Shown here: in pieces, positions 31,042 to 41,849 of the stretch
How the letters are laid out: each line of letters begins with the position of its first letter
Position numbering within the stretch: the first letter of the stretch is position 1
Assembly (NCBI GenBank): GCA_027306995.1
Contig: DAHUXS010000018.1
Coordinates: forward strand, 73,426-137,425
DNA: 64,000 bases
Direction of reading: 5' to 3'
Source of the DNA: Lysobacter sp.
GTDB lineage: Bacteria > Pseudomonadota > Gammaproteobacteria > Xanthomonadales > Xanthomonadaceae
The notes under the pieces: model-generated
Databases searched by the model: none
Told to the model about the DNA's origin: nothing
The model's input: only the letters and a program-made list of their open reading frames with translations
Position numbers and translations under genes: made by a program

Positions 31042-32025
31042 ATGAAACTGGGTTCACTGAAGGAAGGCGGACGCGACGGCACCTTGATCGTGGTGTCGCG
31101 CGATCTCGGCAAGGCCGTGCGTGCCACTACGATCGCGCCGACGCTGCAGCGCGCGCTGGAAGACTGGTCGAACGTGGCGCCGCGCCTCAATGCGCTGTCC
31201 GAAGCCTTGAACGCCGGCAACGCCGAGGGTGCGTTCGATCTCGACATGGCCGATCTCGCCGCGCCGATGCCGCGCGCCTACGAATTCGTCGATGGCAGCG
31301 CCTACCTGCCGCACGTCGAGCGCGTGCGTCGCGCCCGCGGCGCCGAAGTGCCGGAATCGTTCTATGTCGATCCGCTGATGTACCAGGCGGTGAGCGCCGG
31401 TTTCTACGGCCCGCGCGATGCGGTGAAGGTGACGAGCGAGGACTACGGCATCGATCTCGAGGCCGAAGTCGTGATCGTGACCGACGACGTGCCGATGGCG
31501 GTGACGCCGGCGGATGCCGCTGCGCACATCCAGCTGGTCGGCCTTGTGAATGACGTCAGTCTGCGCGGCCTGATTCCGCCGGAACTCGCCAAGGGCTTCG
31601 GCTTCCTGCAATCCAAGCCGCGCTCGGCGCTGTCACCGGTGTTCGTGACGCCGGACGAACTGGGCGATGCCTGGAAGGACAACAAGGTCCACCGTCCGAT
31701 GCTCACCCACATCAACGGCCAGTGGTTCGGTGCACCGGAAGCGGGCGTCGACATGCAGTTCGATTTCGCGCAACTGGTCGCGCACGCCGCCAAGACGCGT
31801 CCGCTGACTGCGGGCACCATCGTCGGCTCCGGCACGGTCGCGAACGAGGACACGTCGCTGGGTGCGTCGTGCTTTGCCGAACAACGCACCGTCGAAACCC
31901 TGCGCGACGGCAAGCCGTTGACGCCGTTCATGAAGTTCGGCGACACCGTACGCATCGAGATGCTGGACGCCGAAGGCAAGACGATCTTCGGCGCGATCGA
32001 ACAGAAGATCGAGCGCGCGGGCTGA
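31042..32025 (+). CDS. fahA: fumarylacetoacetate hydrolase (bacterial FAH family)
   Basis: 327 aa. MKLGSLKEGGRDGTLIVVSRDL.. and ..GTIVGSGTVAN.. are typical. Followed 2 nt later by maiA. Confidence 0.88.
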   Translation: MKLGSLKEGGRDGTLIVVSRDLGKAVRATTIAPTLQRALEDWSNVAPRLNALSEALNAGNAEGAFDLDMADLAAPMPRAYEFVDGSAYLPHVERVRRARGAEVPESFYVDPLMYQAVSAGFYGPRDAVKVTSEDYGIDLEAEVVIVTDDVPMAVTPADAAAHIQLVGLVNDVSLRGLIPPELAKGFGFLQSKPRSALSPVFVTPDELGDAWKDNKVHRPMLTHINGQWFGAPEAGVDMQFDFAQLVAHAAKTRPLTAGTIVGSGTVANEDTSLGASCFAEQRTVETLRDGKPLTPFMKFGDTVRIEMLDAEGKTIFGAIEQKIERAG

Positions 32026-32027
32026 TC

Positions 32028-32699
32028 ATGGCCGACGCATCGCTCCGATTGTTTGCCTACTGGCGTTCGAGCGCGTCGTATCGCGCGCGGATTGGTCTTG
32101 CGTTGAAAGAACTGCAATACGAACTGGTGTCGGTCCATCTGGTGAACGATGGCGGGCAGCAGCATTCGCCGGAACACCACGCCCGCAATCCCCAGGAACT
32201 GGTGCCGGCGCTCGAGCACGATGGCCACATGCTCACGCAGTCGCTGGCCATTCTCGAATACCTCGATGAAGTCTGGCCGGATCGTGGAGCACGCCTGGTC
32301 CCGGGCGATGCCGCGGATCGCCAACGCATCCGCGCACTGGGGCAGGCGATCGCCTGCGAAATCCAGCCGCTCGGCAACCTGCGCGTGCTCAAGGCGCTGG
32401 GTCGTGATTTCGGCGCCAGCGAGGAACAGCGCGAGGCGTGGTCACGGCACTGGATGAGCCTTGGCCTGCAGGCCTTCGAGGAAATGCTGGCGAACTCGCC
32501 GCAGGGACGCTACTGCTACGGCAATGTGCCGACGCTCGCCGATTGCCTGCTGATTCCGCAGCTCTACAACGCGGATCGGGTTGGCCTCGATCTCGCGGCT
32601 TATCCGCGCATCCGTGCGATCCGGCAACAGTGCGCGACGCATCCGGCCTTCATCGCCGCGCATCCGGACAACCAGCCGGACGCGCCGAAGGCTGCCTGA
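32028..32699 (+). CDS. maiA: maleylacetoacetate isomerase (GST zeta class)
   Basis: ATG at 32028. ..LFAYWRSSASYRARIGLALK.. and ..NPQELVPALEHDGHMLTQSLAILEYLDE.. are canonical zeta-GST motifs. Confidence 0.9.
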   Translation: MADASLRLFAYWRSSASYRARIGLALKELQYELVSVHLVNDGGQQHSPEHHARNPQELVPALEHDGHMLTQSLAILEYLDEVWPDRGARLVPGDAADRQRIRALGQAIACEIQPLGNLRVLKALGRDFGASEEQREAWSRHWMSLGLQAFEEMLANSPQGRYCYGNVPTLADCLLIPQLYNADRVGLDLAAYPRIRAIRQQCATHPAFIAAHPDNQPDAPKAA

Positions 32700-32711
32700 T
32701 CGCAGATGACG

Positions 32712-32738
32712 AAACGGCACCCGTGGGTGCCGTTCGTT
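32712..32738. terminator. bidirectional terminator hairpin between maiA and the pilU-like gene
   Basis: aacggcacc-cgtg-ggtgccgtt followed by cgttcg. Confidence 0.55.
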
Positions 32739-32741
32739 CGA

Positions 32742-33980
32742 TCAATACATGTTCTCGAAGCCCTGACTCAGGTTGGGCATCGTCGGTGGCGTGATCGCCT
32801 CGTCCTTGCCAGGAGTCTTCGCTGTTTCCGCTTCCGGCTCGGTTGCCATGGAAGGTGCGGACGCAGCTGCGGCTTCCTGGGCCTTGAAGATTTCGGCGTA
32901 AGGATCGTGGTCGGCGTCGGCGCCTTCCGACAGACGGAACTTCACGGCGAGGCCATCGCGCGAGTCGGCGGCGTTGAGCGCTTCTTCCTGTGTGATCCGC
33001 CCCGACTTCGCCAGCTGGAACAGCGACTGGTCGAAGGTGTGCATGCCTTCCTCCAGCGACTCTTCCATCGCCTGCTTGATGGCATGGACCTGGCCGCGGC
33101 GCATCAGGTCGCGGATGTGCGGCGTGTTGATGAGCAACTCGGTGGCGGGCAGGCGCTTGCCGTCGACGCCCTTTACCAGACGCTGCGAAATTACCGCGTG
33201 CAGATTGAGCGACAGGTTCATCAACACGTTCTTGTGGGCGGCTTCCGGGAAGAAGTTGAGGATGCGTTCCAGCGCCTGGTCGGCATTGTTGGAATGCAGC
33301 GTCGCCAGGCACAGGTGGCCGGTTTCGGCGAAGGCGATCGCAGCTTCCATGATCTCGGCGTCGAGGATCTCGCCGATCAGGATCACGTCGGGCGCCTCGC
33401 GCATGGCGTTGCGCAGCGCGCTGTGGAAGCCCTTGGTGTCGATACCGACGTCGCGCTGGTTCACCAGCGAGCGCTTGTGGCGGTGCAGGAACTCGATCGG
33501 ATCCTCGATGGTGAGGATGTGGCCGGTCATCGTGTTGTTGCGATGGTCGATCATCGACGCCAGCGTGGTCGACTTGCCGGAGCCGGTCGATCCCACCACC
33601 AGCACTAAGCCGCGCGGGGTGCTGATGATGTCGCGGAACAGCGGCGGCAACTGCAGCTCGTCGATGCTCGGGATCTGGGTGCGGATGGCACGGATCACCA
33701 TGCCGACTTCGCCGCGCTGGCGGAACACGTTGACGCGATAGCGCCCGGCGTCGGCCAGCATCAGGCCCATGTTGAGCTCCATCTCGCGCTCGAACGTGGC
33801 CTGTTGCTCCTCGTCCATCAGCGAATAGGCGATCCGCTTGACCAGCCCCGGCGGCAGCGGCGAGGTGCCGAGCGGGTGGATCTTGCCTTCCACCTTGATG
33901 TGGATGGGCGCACCGGTGGTCAGGAACATGTCTGACCCGTTCTTCTGGGTCATCAACTGCAAGAAATTGGTGATTTCCAT
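32742..33980 (-). CDS. pilU: PilT/PilU-family type IV pilus retraction ATPase (PilU-like) with acidic/Ala-rich C-terminal tail
   Basis: ..GSDMFLTTGAPIHIKVEG.., Walker A GSTGSGKST, ..ILTIEDPIEF.., ..ILIGEILD.., ..GHLCLATLHSN.. Confidence 0.88.
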   Translation of the reverse strand: MEITNFLQLMTQKNGSDMFLTTGAPIHIKVEGKIHPLGTSPLPPGLVKRIAYSLMDEEQQATFEREMELNMGLMLADAGRYRVNVFRQRGEVGMVIRAIRTQIPSIDELQLPPLFRDIISTPRGLVLVVGSTGSGKSTTLASMIDHRNNTMTGHILTIEDPIEFLHRHKRSLVNQRDVGIDTKGFHSALRNAMREAPDVILIGEILDAEIMEAAIAFAETGHLCLATLHSNNADQALERILNFFPEAAHKNVLMNLSLNLHAVISQRLVKGVDGKRLPATELLINTPHIRDLMRRGQVHAIKQAMEESLEEGMHTFDQSLFQLAKSGRITQEEALNAADSRDGLAVKFRLSEGADADHDPYAEIFKAQEAAAASAPSMATEPEAETAKTPGKDEAITPPTMPNLSQGFENMY

Positions 33981-34231
33981 GGCGGGGGGACCTGGAACCC
34001 GGAACCTGAATTCGATTCACCCATGGCATCACGCCGGCGTCATTTGTGCAAGCGCAGGCACAGGGGGAATTTCACCATCCGTGGCCGTATGGTGGGCGTT
34101 TATCCGTTACCTTCAACTTCAATGGGGCTCGGGACTTGCGGGCCGGGAAGACAGGGGAGTAGGGTCGAATCGTGGTCAATCCACCGATCCCCCACGGCGC
34201 CGGCGGCGCCCACAACCCAGGAGGTTCTGCG

Positions 34232-34450
34232 ATGTTCGAAGGGCAACCCCAGGAATCGATCGAGACGTTGATGAAGGCCAACCCAGAGTTCCGCCAGCTG
34301 TATTACCGACACCAGGAACTCGACCGCAAGACCGCCGAGGCCGGACTTGGCGTCCTTCCACTCGATGATGCGACCCTGGGCAGCATCAAGCGCGAAAAGC
34401 TCCAACTCAAGCAGCAACTCAACCGGATCTACGCCGACCTCAGCCACTGA
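34232..34450 (+). CDS. DUF465 (YdcH-like) small coiled-coil protein
   Basis: aggagg RBS at 34219-34224. ..NPEFRQLYYRHQELDRK.. is typical. Confidence 0.75.
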   Translation: MFEGQPQESIETLMKANPEFRQLYYRHQELDRKTAEAGLGVLPLDDATLGSIKREKLQLKQQLNRIYADLSH

Positions 34451-34472
34451 CGGCGGGGCGAGCCAACAGGAA

Positions 34473-34511
34473 GCCGGCGCGGACGCAGAGGCGTCTTCGC
34501 CGGCATTTTTG
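34473..34511 (+). terminator. imperfect terminator hairpin with T-tract
   Basis: gccggcg..gacgc-agag-gcgtc..cgccggc followed by atttttgtg. Confidence 0.5.
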
Positions 34512-34577
34512 TGTTCACGATGAGGCCACTTGATCGGCGATAATGGCCGATCGTCACATTCTGCGTGCCCGCCGTCC

Positions 34578-34961
34578 ATGAGCCGATCGAATACCGTCCG
34601 CGAGCTGATCAAGCGCGCCCCGATCACCACCAACCCGGCCGATCCGCTATCCGAGGCCTATCGGTTGATGCGCGAGCACGACGTCTCGCAACTGCCTGTC
34701 CTCGACGGCGACCATATCGCCGGCATCGTCGACGAATCCGACATCCTGCTGCACGTTTATGGCGATCCGAAGCGCTTCGCCGATCCGGTGTCGATCGCCA
34801 TGGTCACCCGCCTCGAGCTGACCCCTGCCGATGCCTCGCTGGAAACCCTGTTGCCGATCTTCGAGCGCGGCCATGTCGCGATGATCGCCGAGGGTGGGAA
34901 ATTGACGGGGCTGATCACAAGGGTGGATTTGCTGGATTGGTTGGGTAGTGTTGTTGCGTGA
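34578..34961 (+). CDS. stand-alone CBS-pair domain protein
   Basis: 127 aa. ..PITTNPADPLSEAYRLMREHDVSQLPVLDGDHIAGIVDESDIL.. plus a second CBS motif ..LLPIFERGHVAMIAEGGKLTGLITRVDLLDWL. Confidence 0.8.
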   Translation: MSRSNTVRELIKRAPITTNPADPLSEAYRLMREHDVSQLPVLDGDHIAGIVDESDILLHVYGDPKRFADPVSIAMVTRLELTPADASLETLLPIFERGHVAMIAEGGKLTGLITRVDLLDWLGSVVA

Positions 34962-35013
34962 AGTGACCGCTTTGAATCCAATCAGTAGTCGTGCGAAACG
35001 GAGATGGCTGGCA

Positions 35014-36282
35014 ATGTTCAGCCAGTTGCGGACGATCGCGCCGTTGCGCGCGTTGTATCAGACGTTGCCAATAGGTTTGCGAACGCGCATTTCACATCGC
35101 AATCTCGATTATGCGGTGGTGGCGAGCAACGCCACCCATTTTCCGCAGACTCCTGCCTGGGACCGACCTATTCCCAAGGATCCGCCGGTATTCGGATCTC
35201 GTGCGCAACTCGGCGGCGAAGGAATCAATGTCTTCGGATTTTTCAAAGGACAATTTGGGCTTGCAGAAAGCGCAAGACTCTACACCCGGGCACTGATCGA
35301 GTGTGGTGTTCCGGTGGCTGTTAATAACATCGAGATCGATCAGCCGCACCAAAACGGAGATACCGATTTCGATGGTTTCCTAGTGGACGAAGCGCCATAT
35401 CCGTCGACCATAGTCTTTGCGAATCCGGATCATTTCCTTGATCCTTCTTTCAGGGGGCTGCTGGAGAAAATCCGCGGCACGCGAATCATCGGCTGCTGGT
35501 TCTGGGAACTGGAAGATGTACCGGAAGCGTGGTTGCCAGCATTGGACATGGTCGATGGGTTGCTGGTGGCATCGCGATTCATCGAAAACGCCTTCCGCAA
35601 GATAACTGACAAGCCCATCAACCGGGTGCCGATTCCATTGTCGGCGGAACGTCCGGACAGCGGTCTCCAGCGTGGTGATTTCGGGTTGCCCGAAGACAAA
35701 TTCATTTTCCTCACGACGTTCGATTTCAGTTCCTCGCTGGAGCGAAAGAACCCTTTCGCGACGATCGAGGCATTCAAGCAAGCCTTTCCGGAGCGAGGTG
35801 ATGTCCGCTTGCTGGTTAAATCCAGCAACGGGTTCAGGCATCCGTTGGAGCTGCAGAGATTGATCAATATTGCTGCCGGAGACCAGCGAATTATTTTCAT
35901 TGACCAGGTGATCGACGCTGCTCATTTGAGATCACTGCAGCGTTGCTGCGATGCTTTCGTGTCCTTGCATCGCTCTGAGGGTTTCGGACTGGGAATTGCC
36001 GAATGCATGTTGCTGGGCAAGCCGGTGATTGCAACAGGCTGGTCAGGGAATACGGATTTGATGGTCGATGATGCGTTCCGCGTGGAATACGTGCTCGTAC
36101 CCGTAAACGGAAGGTATCAAGAGGGGGGATCGAGTTACTGGGCGGAACCGAACATCGAAAATGCAGCCGACAAGATGCGCATGACGAATGAACGCCAAAT
36201 CATTCCGACTCCTGTGCATTCGTTAGAGGAAGTGGAGGTGCGGAAGATTCTAAGAGCTACGGGGATGGTTGGGCTGCCATGA
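35014..36282 (+). CDS. GT4-family (GT-B) glycosyltransferase
   Basis: C-terminal ..VSLHRSEGFGLGIAECMLLGKPVIATGWSGNTDLM.. (EX7E motif). The start is uncertain (ATG at 35014 or GTG at 34948). ATGA overlap with wzm. Confidence 0.8.
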   Translation: MFSQLRTIAPLRALYQTLPIGLRTRISHRNLDYAVVASNATHFPQTPAWDRPIPKDPPVFGSRAQLGGEGINVFGFFKGQFGLAESARLYTRALIECGVPVAVNNIEIDQPHQNGDTDFDGFLVDEAPYPSTIVFANPDHFLDPSFRGLLEKIRGTRIIGCWFWELEDVPEAWLPALDMVDGLLVASRFIENAFRKITDKPINRVPIPLSAERPDSGLQRGDFGLPEDKFIFLTTFDFSSSLERKNPFATIEAFKQAFPERGDVRLLVKSSNGFRHPLELQRLINIAAGDQRIIFIDQVIDAAHLRSLQRCCDAFVSLHRSEGFGLGIAECMLLGKPVIATGWSGNTDLMVDDAFRVEYVLVPVNGRYQEGGSSYWAEPNIENAADKMRMTNERQIIPTPVHSLEEVEVRKILRATGMVGLP

Positions 36283-37094
36283 AGAACGTTGGAAAAGGCA
36301 TGGCACGGCGCGCGGCGGCGGCTTGGAAATACAGAGGCTTCGTTCGAAGCTCTGTGTTAAATGAATTTCGAGCCCGGTTCGCAAGAAGTCGCTTCGGGAC
36401 GTTATGGATGATCCTGCAACCCTTGGCGCAAGTTGGCGTGATGTCGCTTGTGCTCTCGCAGGTTCTTGGCGCCAAGTTGCCTGGTGTCGGAGGGCGGTAC
36501 AGCTATGCGATTTACCTCATGGCAGGGATGCTTTGCTGGAATCTTTTCTCCGAAGTGGTCATGCGCTGCCTGACGGTATTCATCGATAACGCCGCATTGT
36601 TGAGAAAAATCCAATTTCCTCGCATAACTTTGCCTTTGATCGTGGGTGGATCTGCTGTGCTCAATAACTTGGCGCTGCTGGTTGCCGTATTTGTCTTGCT
36701 TGTTGCATTTGGTGCTCCTTTTGCCTGGTCGATGCTTTGGCTGCCCGTGCTCATGATGATCACGGTTGCTCTATCGCTTGGTGTAGGCTTATTTTTCGGG
36801 GTGTTGAACGTATTCATGCGGGATATTGGTCAAGTTGTGCCAGTGGTGCTGCAATTTCTTATGTGGCTAACTCCTATCATGTACCCCGCCACTATCGTTC
36901 CACCTGCATTGGTGCGATTTCAATCCGCCAGCCCACTAGTGTGCCTGGTAAACGCGTACCACGATGTTCTCCTTTACGGGCGGGGGCCGCAACTTGGTTC
37001 TCTCTTATATGTTCTTGCTGTCGCCTTTTTTGTGCTGGCAATTGCCTTGATCATTTTTCGCCGTGCCTCTTCCGAATTGGTTGACGTCTTGTGA
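36279..37094 (+). CDS. wzm: O-antigen/polysaccharide ABC transporter permease (ABC-2 type)
   Basis: 271 aa, 6 TM. ..RFARSRFGTLWMILQPL.. is an ABC-2 signature. Coupled to wzt by a GTGA overlap. Confidence 0.9.
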   Translation: MKNVGKGMARRAAAAWKYRGFVRSSVLNEFRARFARSRFGTLWMILQPLAQVGVMSLVLSQVLGAKLPGVGGRYSYAIYLMAGMLCWNLFSEVVMRCLTVFIDNAALLRKIQFPRITLPLIVGGSAVLNNLALLVAVFVLLVAFGAPFAWSMLWLPVLMMITVALSLGVGLFFGVLNVFMRDIGQVVPVVLQFLMWLTPIMYPATIVPPALVRFQSASPLVCLVNAYHDVLLYGRGPQLGSLLYVLAVAFFVLAIALIIFRRASSELVDVL

Positions 37095-38326
37095 GCAACG
37101 TCATTCTTCTCGCGGAAAACATTGGCAAGGCTTATTCGAGCTATCGAAGCGAATTGCAACGCATCGCGAGTTGGTTCGGAATCCGCGCGGGCGATCCCCA
37201 GCGCAAATGGATTCTTAGGAATATCAGCTTCCGTCTGCATCGAGGCGAGGCCGTCGGTATTGTTGGGCAGAACGGCGCCGGTAAGAGCACCTTGCTCAAG
37301 GTGCTCACTGGAACGGCCGTAGCGACAGAAGGCCTTGTGCATCGGCAGGGTCACATAGCTGCCCTGCTTGAACTTGGCTTGGGATTCAACCAGGAACTGA
37401 CGGGTCGGGCAAACGCCACTCATTCCGCCGGGCTAATGGGCGTGCCCATGAACCAAATCGACCAACTCGTTACTGAAGTGGAAGAGTTTGCCGAGATTGG
37501 AGAGTACTTTGATGAGCCTCTGCGAACCTATTCCAGCGGCATGCAAATGAGGCTGGCTTTCTCTGTTGCAACGGCCAAGCGTCCGGAATTGTTGATCATC
37601 GACGAGGCGTTGGCGGTCGGCGACACCTATTTCGTACACAAGAGTTTCCAGCGGATCCGTGAGTTCCGCGAGCAAGGAACTGCGCTCCTGTTTGTGTCCC
37701 ACGATCCCACCGCAGTAAAGGCACTCTGCGACAGGGCGATACTGCTTGATAGCGGCAAAATTGCGCTTGATGGTGAGCCGGCAGAAGTATTGGATCTCTA
37801 TAACGCCATGGTTGCGGAAAAGGAAAATCGCACGATCAAGACGGAACGCAGGAATGCAGTAGTGGCGACGGAGTCTGGCACCGGAGAAGCGGCCATCGAG
37901 AGTGCCGTAATGCTGGATTTGGCGGGCGATCCGGTGGAGTTCGTTGCCGTTGGGGATGAGGTCGCTATTCGGGTAGTGGTCCGGATTGTTGCTCCCATTC
38001 CAGCGCTGACGCTTGGATACATGATTCGAGATCGCCTCGGGCAGCCGGTTTACGGAACAAATACCGCGTATACCGATCAGTCTGTCGAGAATCTTGGTGT
38101 TGGTGACATAGTCGAATACATGATCCGTTTCCCCGTTGCATTCGGGGCTGGAAGCTATTCTGTTTCCATTGCTTTGCATAGTGCCGAGACCCATCTGGCG
38201 AGCAATTATCAATGGCGTGATTACGCAATCATGTTCAATGTGGTGAACATCAGGTTTCCTTCGTTCGTCGGGTTGGCATTTGCACCGTCACTGATTTCAA
38301 TCGAGCATAAGAAGGCGATTTTGTGA
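37091..38326 (+). CDS. wzt: O-antigen ABC transporter ATP-binding protein with C-terminal Wzt_C-type glycan-binding domain
   Basis: Walker A GQNGAGKST, signature YSSGMQMRL, Walker B LLIIDEAL. About 155 extra C-terminal residues form the glycan-binding domain (..TLGYMIRDRLGQPVYGTN..GAGSYSVSIAL..YQWRDYAIMFNV..). Confidence 0.92.
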   Translation: MSNVILLAENIGKAYSSYRSELQRIASWFGIRAGDPQRKWILRNISFRLHRGEAVGIVGQNGAGKSTLLKVLTGTAVATEGLVHRQGHIAALLELGLGFNQELTGRANATHSAGLMGVPMNQIDQLVTEVEEFAEIGEYFDEPLRTYSSGMQMRLAFSVATAKRPELLIIDEALAVGDTYFVHKSFQRIREFREQGTALLFVSHDPTAVKALCDRAILLDSGKIALDGEPAEVLDLYNAMVAEKENRTIKTERRNAVVATESGTGEAAIESAVMLDLAGDPVEFVAVGDEVAIRVVVRIVAPIPALTLGYMIRDRLGQPVYGTNTAYTDQSVENLGVGDIVEYMIRFPVAFGAGSYSVSIALHSAETHLASNYQWRDYAIMFNVVNIRFPSFVGLAFAPSLISIEHKKAIL

Positions 38327-39965
38327 TGCGCGAGAAAAGTGCACAGGAAATTGTTTCCGAAGTGAGGAGCCGGCTGGCGTCGATCAACTTGGGTGCGCGC
38401 GCGTCCGTGGATGGGGTAATGGCGTGGTGGCCAGGGGTGAACTCCACGATTGAATATAAGGACAGTTATACGGTCGGAGACTTTTTACGGTATTCCGACA
38501 GTGTCTTGGTCGAGGCTGCTTACCGTTGCATCCTGAAGCGTCCTCCGGATCCTGAGGGCTTGGCTCACCATGCGGCCAAACTCAGGTCTGGGGAGACCGA
38601 TGTGATCGATCTGCTTGCTGGATTTCGATGGTCGCCCGAAGGGGAGGTCCATAGAGTTCACATCGATGGATTGCTTCTGCCTACCAAATTGAGGCAGTGG
38701 GGCAAGCTGCCCCTGCTCGGTCGCGTCATCCGTTGGGGGCATGGCTTGTACCGGCTGGGTAGTGTCGATCGACGAGCAAGCGCGAGCGCCGCTCGTCAAG
38801 CTTATGAATTCAAGGAGCTTGGCGATCATCTGAACAGGTTGGTCGCGCAGATTTCAAGCCGGCTTGCAGCAAATGCCGAACTGTCCATGTCGGCCGAGGC
38901 CCATGCGAGTCGGGCCATAAGCAATATAGAGCGCACCGATCAAGCGATAAATGATGTTGAAGAAGCGTTCGTTGCAAGGTCCCATGCAGCGGAACTGCAG
39001 ATCCAGCAAGCGAATGCCGAGACGACTGCTTTAAGGTCCATGATTGCGAATTTGGAAAAAGATCTCGTACATGGAAAGAAACTTGCTGGTGCGGTAGCTG
39101 ATGAGTTGCGAAAGCATGAAGACAACGCAGCACGATTGGGAGCTGATGTTGTTTTCTTGTCAAGTCGCCATGAGGCTTTCGCGCGGGAACTCTTGGGGTT
39201 CCGCCAGCTCGCAACTGAGGTTGAAGGCGCACGGGCTATTCTCGAGCGCCACAAGCGCGAACAAGATGCCGCCGCAGAAGCGGAAAGACGCCTCGATTCC
39301 CTGTATGTCGAATTCGAGAGCAAGTTCAGGGGAGACAGCGCGTTGTTGCGCACTAGGATGTTGCCTTACATCGACAGCCTCAAGGAAGCCGGAGTACTGG
39401 ATTCCGGATTGCCCGTGCTGGATGTGGCGTGCGGCAATGGCGAATGGCTGCAAATTCTTCGGGAGCACGAAATTGCTGCGTGCGGAGTAGATTCGAATGG
39501 GACGTTCGTTGGCCTCTGCAAGTCGAAGGGACTCGATGTTCATGCAATGGATGCCTTGGAGTTCCTGAAGCGTCAACCCGAATCGGTTTATTCTGCCGTG
39601 ACCTCGATGCATTTGGTCGAGCACCTAGCGTTGGCTGATCTGGTGGCACTGTTGGATGAGGCGCACCGCACCTTGCAGCCGGGTGGACTGCTAATCCTCG
39701 AGACTCCCAACCCGGAGAATTTCATGGTGAGCAGCATCGATTTTTACAATGATCCTACGCATCGGAATCCGATTCCACCCAACACCTTGAAATGGATGGT
39801 TGAAGCCAGGGGGTTCAAGCAAGCGAGAATTGAGCGCTTGACCGCTGGGCGCGATTGGGGGGCACCGGAGTTGCTTGATCCAGCATTGCCCGGAGCAAAC
39901 TCGATCAATCAGCTCCTAGATCGCGCTCGCGCCGCACCGGATTACGCGGTCATCGGAGTCAAGAT

Positions 39966-39969
<4 letters not shown>
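38326..39969 (+). CDS. DUF4214 + long coiled-coil + class I SAM-dependent methyltransferase (putative O-antigen chain-terminating methyltransferase)
   Basis: N-terminal ..YRCILKRPPDPEGLAHHAAKLRSGE.. (DUF4214-like). About 170 aa of heptad-like helical sequence. C-terminal ..YVEFESKFRG..VLDVACGNGEWL..LQPGGLLILETPNPEN. The start is either the ATG at 38326 or the GTG at 38323. Confidence 0.8.
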
Positions 39970-41833
<1,864 letters not shown>

Positions 41834-41849
41834 TCTGCGGAGCCAATAG

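Noticed and set aside
34941-34951. ops/JUMPStart-like element (TTGGGTAGTGT versus the consensus GGCGGTAGNNT) just upstream of the O-antigen operon.
   Set aside because: Three mismatches fall in the 5' half, the site lies inside the CBS-domain coding sequence, and no RfaH-type context is visible. It is probably a chance match.
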